Assembly: GCA_964016885.1 (NCBI GenBank)
Contig: OZ024741.1
Span: 271,374,001-271,438,000, forward strand
Length of the DNA: 64,000 nucleotides
Direction of reading: 5' to 3'
Source of the DNA: Eledone cirrhosa
Lineage: Eukaryota
The notes below the pieces were generated by a model, which was not told where the DNA came from, did no database searches, and was given only the letters and a program-made list of their open reading frames with translations. This document shows, piece by piece, positions 59,246 to 64,000 of the stretch (the stretch's first letter is position 1; every line of letters begins with the position of its first letter). The translations under genes were made by a program, and so were the position numbers.

Positions 59246-59749
59246 TCAATGCTAGAAACCAAGGAAGTAAGAATAGAAAGAACAATATATAGTTCAACTT
59301 CGGAATTCAAATTGCTTCTAAGTTCGATTACGTTTTTCATCTTTCTCTGGTCGATAAAACAAGTAACACTCCTATACCCCACTAACCCTCTCTCTCCCCT
59401 GTCCTTATAATACAAATGATGGACAACAGGCTTTCTTTGTATTTCCCCCATAAACATTTCTCATTGTGCTTTCCGTAAGACGATATTCTAATCGCTGCCA
59501 TACCAACGTTTAGTCTTTATATTACTTCATTATCATTTCTTTTTATCTTTTAATATTTATTCATCTATTTTAATTGCTTCTAAAATAATGAGTATTTTGT
59601 TATTCCTTATATTTCTTTCGTGCTTTCTCTGTTCTCTATATCTTTGTCTTTCTTTCTTTTTCACCCTTTTTCTGCATTTCATTATATATTTATTAGTCCG
59701 CCATTTTTTTATATTCTGCCTTTGTTTCTTAACTTCTGACTTTGTTAGG

Positions 59750-60144
59750 GTTTTCTTCCTTCCTCTTCTCTTCCCTTCATTTTCTCTTCTTTCTCTTCTT
59801 TTTCTTTTATTTCTCTCTTATTTCTTTTCTTCCCCTTCATTTATATTCTTTCTCTTCATTTCTCTTCATTTTCTCTTCTTTCTCTTCTTTTTCTTTTATT
59901 TCTCTCTTATTTCTTTTCTTCCCCTTCATTTATATTCTTCCCCTTCATTTCTCTTCATTTTCTCTTCTTTCTCTTCTTTTTCTTTTATTTCTCTCTTATT
60001 TCTTTTCTTCCCCTTCATTTATATTCTTCCCCTTCATTTCTCTCTTCTTTCTCTTCTTTTTCTTTCATTTTTCTCTTATTTTTTCCGTACCTTGTTTTGA
60101 TCCTTCTTACTTCTTCATTCTTTCTTTCTTTCTTTCTTTCTCTT

Positions 60145-60201
<57 letters not shown>

Positions 60202-60240
60202 TCTCTCTCTCCCTCTCTCCCTCTCTCTCTTTCTTTCTTT
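59750..60240. repeat. Polypyrimidine (CT-rich) low-complexity tract with internal duplications
   Basis: Direct reading. Confidence 0.85.
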
Positions 60241-60297
60241 CCTAGGATCACTTTTGTATGCTTTCTCTGCGTGTGTACGAAATACATGAATTCATGC

Positions 60298-60340
<43 letters not shown>

Positions 60341-60373
60341 TGCATGTATGTGTGTGTATGTGTGTGTGTGTGT

Positions 60374-60497
<124 letters not shown>

Positions 60498-60539
60498 ACT
60501 ATGATGTGTTGATATTATTTGTAAATGCTATATTGTGTA

Positions 60540-61230
60540 TGATGTACAGTATTATGGTAGAGAGAAATGTGCTGAAATCCATATCATGTTACAAGCTCAA
60601 GGCTGTATAATACAGTATATGGCATTTCTTTGCTAAAACAAGTTCGCATCCAGAATTTCTCTTTAGCTTCTTGTCTTGTATATGATTAAAAGATTGTGTA
60701 CCCTTGGACCTATTGTTGAAAGGGTGTTGATAAAGACGGTCTTTAAATGGGTTTTCATTCAGGTAGATTTATAATGTTGTTTTGTGACATTAACTCGGCA
60801 GTTACTGATTCTTTACAGATTTGAATAGTCTATGTGGAATTCTGTGGTTTCGAACTGTTGCATTGTTTCTCTTCAGTTATTATACTCGTTTTCGGTAATC
60901 TGGTTTATGTAATCTAATACAATTTTTAACAATGACATTATACTATAAGAAATGTTGACCTCGTTTTGTATCTGAACTGATGCAGTTTGTGGTTTTCTTC
61001 AGAATTACTTGTTTATTAGCGAGAAAAACAGCTTTCCTAATCTCGTCATAATATTCAAATTGAATGGTGGATTGTACTAAGTTACGGCGTTATTCTTGCC
61101 CCTAGTTGATTGGTAGTACATAGTTTTAGATGTGAAAGCTTTTGTTTCAATTTATGTTGCATATCAATTCCTGGTTGTAATGCTTCGCTGCCTTATAAGC
61201 TATGGTTGGTCTGATCCAAATGAGTTTGTT
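60540..61230 (-). pseudogene. Old, degenerate Penelope-like element fragment
   Basis: Minus strand reads *YNPPFNLNIMTRLGKLFFSLI..HKL..VNISYS and ENPFKDRLYQH, colinear with 13520-13900. Confidence 0.6.
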
Positions 61231-61764
61231 CGTTCACCTAGTGCAAATGTGACGTCCCTGGTGTTGTTGGTTGTGTCGTTGAATCACGTATGACACCATC
61301 TATCATTTTCAACTTCTGATTCTTTATCAAACAGATCTATGATTAAAGGCATTCCAGCCAGGGCCACCACATCTCATCTTTAATCACAATCTATCTAGGA
61401 TTCTATTGCCAAACGTATCGTCCATTTCTAAAGATGGTAGGATATTGTTTCATGTAAATTTGGCTGCTGTTTTTAACAGATCGATACTCCCTACGTGGCT
61501 CAGCTTTCAGGTCTTAATTGATCCCAGCAATTTACTCCCATAATTTGAAAAAGTGTTCTGCTTGAAATTCCGAAACGCACGTGAAGAAGGTCGGGAGTAA
61601 AAACAGCTGAAATGTGACTATAACAACCAAAACTGAGGACACTATGCTAAATAAATCCGTGTGTAATCTGTATAATAACAGCTCTTTACCGTTTTTATTC
61701 GCTAGTTATACGAACGCTACGCTCTGTCATGTTTTCTGCCAACGGCGATGATTCTCTCTCTCTC

Positions 61765-62379
<615 letters not shown>

Positions 62380-62892
62380 ATATATATATATATATATATA
62401 TATAACGAAGGAAATGTGGTAAGGAACCAGGTGGACCATAACGTACCAAAGTACTCAATACTTAGGGTAGTAGAGTGGGTAATAGGAACGAGTAGGACCC
62501 CGACGGCTGAGCTCAGGCCGTTTCGACGGCTAATTCGAAACGGCTTGAGCTCAGCCGTCGGGGTCCTACTCGTTCCTATATATATATATTCAAAATAGGG
62601 GGTGCACAGGACAAAGGAAGTGGAAAAAACAACGGAAAGACGGATAGTCCCACCCCCTCAGTCAACCTCGGCAAATCACTACGGTTTCGGTTCATTAAGG
62701 TTGATACCACTCAGTCCAGTGCACATTGGAACACAGCAAAACAGGCAAAGACAAGCTACGCAAATTACACAAATATAGAGTTAGCCAAAGGAGAAAAATA
62801 GTAAAACAGATATATAGATATATATATGTGTGTGTGTGTACGTATGTCCGTATGTATGCGCTTATACATGTACGTATATATATATATATATA

Positions 62893-62939
<47 letters not shown>

Positions 62940-63350
62940 TGTTATATTTGGGGATGGTCATGTTGCCAATATTGCCAATAGAAAGAAACACACGCATCAC
63001 ATAATTTTTACTTTCACTTCATCTTTTTTGTTCGTTATTCATTTGTTAATCAAAGTTCTTTCGTCACACATTCTGTGACCTCCTCAATGATTATCTGTTT
63101 AGTGCCTTCTTTTTCCTGGTCTTAAACTTCTACTCCATCTTGTCATTTTTTTTTCATATATATATATATGGGGGGGGGGGTGTACGTGTGTACACAACCA
63201 GAATCTATAAACATAGCTTCGTTACAATTTGGAGAAGAAAAGAACCAATATTTCTTATCCCGACCATAGAACAATGGATTATGTACTGATAGAAATCAAT
63301 TATCGATCTGTTATTTAGTTATATTTTTTTGTATATTTACCTTTACACAG

Positions 63351-63458
63351 GAAATATCTCACAGTCATAACCATTTGGAACCAGTACCTATTGTATTGAT
63401 TGGCAATAAGATCGATCTGACGGATCGAATTAAGGTGTCTACTAGCAAAGGTAAAAAG
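63351..63458 (+). CDS. Rab GTPase exon 5 (108 bp; G4 box NKxD); gene continues beyond window
   Basis: ctttacacag|GAA ATA..AAA AAG|gtaggt; EISHSHNHLEPVPIVLIGNKIDLTDRIKVSTSKGKK. Confidence 0.9.
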
Positions 63459-63788
63459 GTAGGTCCTTGATTTACTTACTTGTACTTGTGTTTATGGGGG
63501 AGGCGAGTTGTCAGAGTCGTTAGAACGTCAGATAAGATATTTTGTCGTAGTCGGTCCGGCTCTCTCGTCTCTGAGTTCAAATCCTGCCGAGGTCAACTTT
63601 GTCTTCGATCCTTTTTGAAGTCGATAAAAAAAGTACCACTCAAAAGCTGGGGTCGATTCTTCCTCTATATCTCTTTCTCACTTTGCTCTCTCTCTCTCCC
63701 ATACACACATACACTCTCTCTCACTCACTCACTCTCTCCCTCTCTCCCTCTCTCCCATACACACATACACTCTCTCTCACTCACTCTC

Positions 63789-63857
<69 letters not shown>

Positions 63858-64000
63858 CTCTCTCTCTCTCTCATTCTCTGGAAGAAATCGGCTCGTTCAG
63901 ACCTGGAAAGGGGATGTCCTCCGCCCGGTTTAAGGAGCCTGAGAATTGTGTCAGGACGCCACCCCTATGACTCCGCCATAAGTTATGGGTCCATACATAC

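Noticed and set aside
59588-60245. Multi-pass membrane protein (Phe/Leu/Ser-rich)
   Set aside because: Polypyrimidine low-complexity DNA.

Overview
Eukaryotic, repeat-saturated animal DNA with long (TA)n, (CA)n, (GA)n and (TATG)n tracts; the repeat repertoire suggests an octopus or other coleoid cephalopod (inference). Most ORFs in the track are microsatellite artefacts. One host gene is supported: a divergent Rab8/13/15-like small GTPase on the + strand, with five coding exons (17104-17239, 20077-20137, 22519-22579, 52890-52967, 63351-63458) that continue beyond the window. The rest is mobile DNA: a disrupted Helitron helicase, non-autonomous Helitrons, Penelope-like elements (PLEs), RTE LINE ends and derivatives, RLE-type LINE 3' ends, a deleted mariner, hAT/hATm pieces and tRNA-derived SINEs. 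Two signals stand out. (1) The exon-3/intron-3 junction of the Rab gene is amplified into a ~5 kb array of ~129 tandem splice donors (39 bp, frame-preserving unit). (2) Many non-coding fold-back elements in (TA)n carry minimal type I hammerhead ribozyme motifs from several families, often one per arm; in one family the symmetry axis is the ribozyme's stem II loop. All analysis was by eye; repeat boundaries are approximate.
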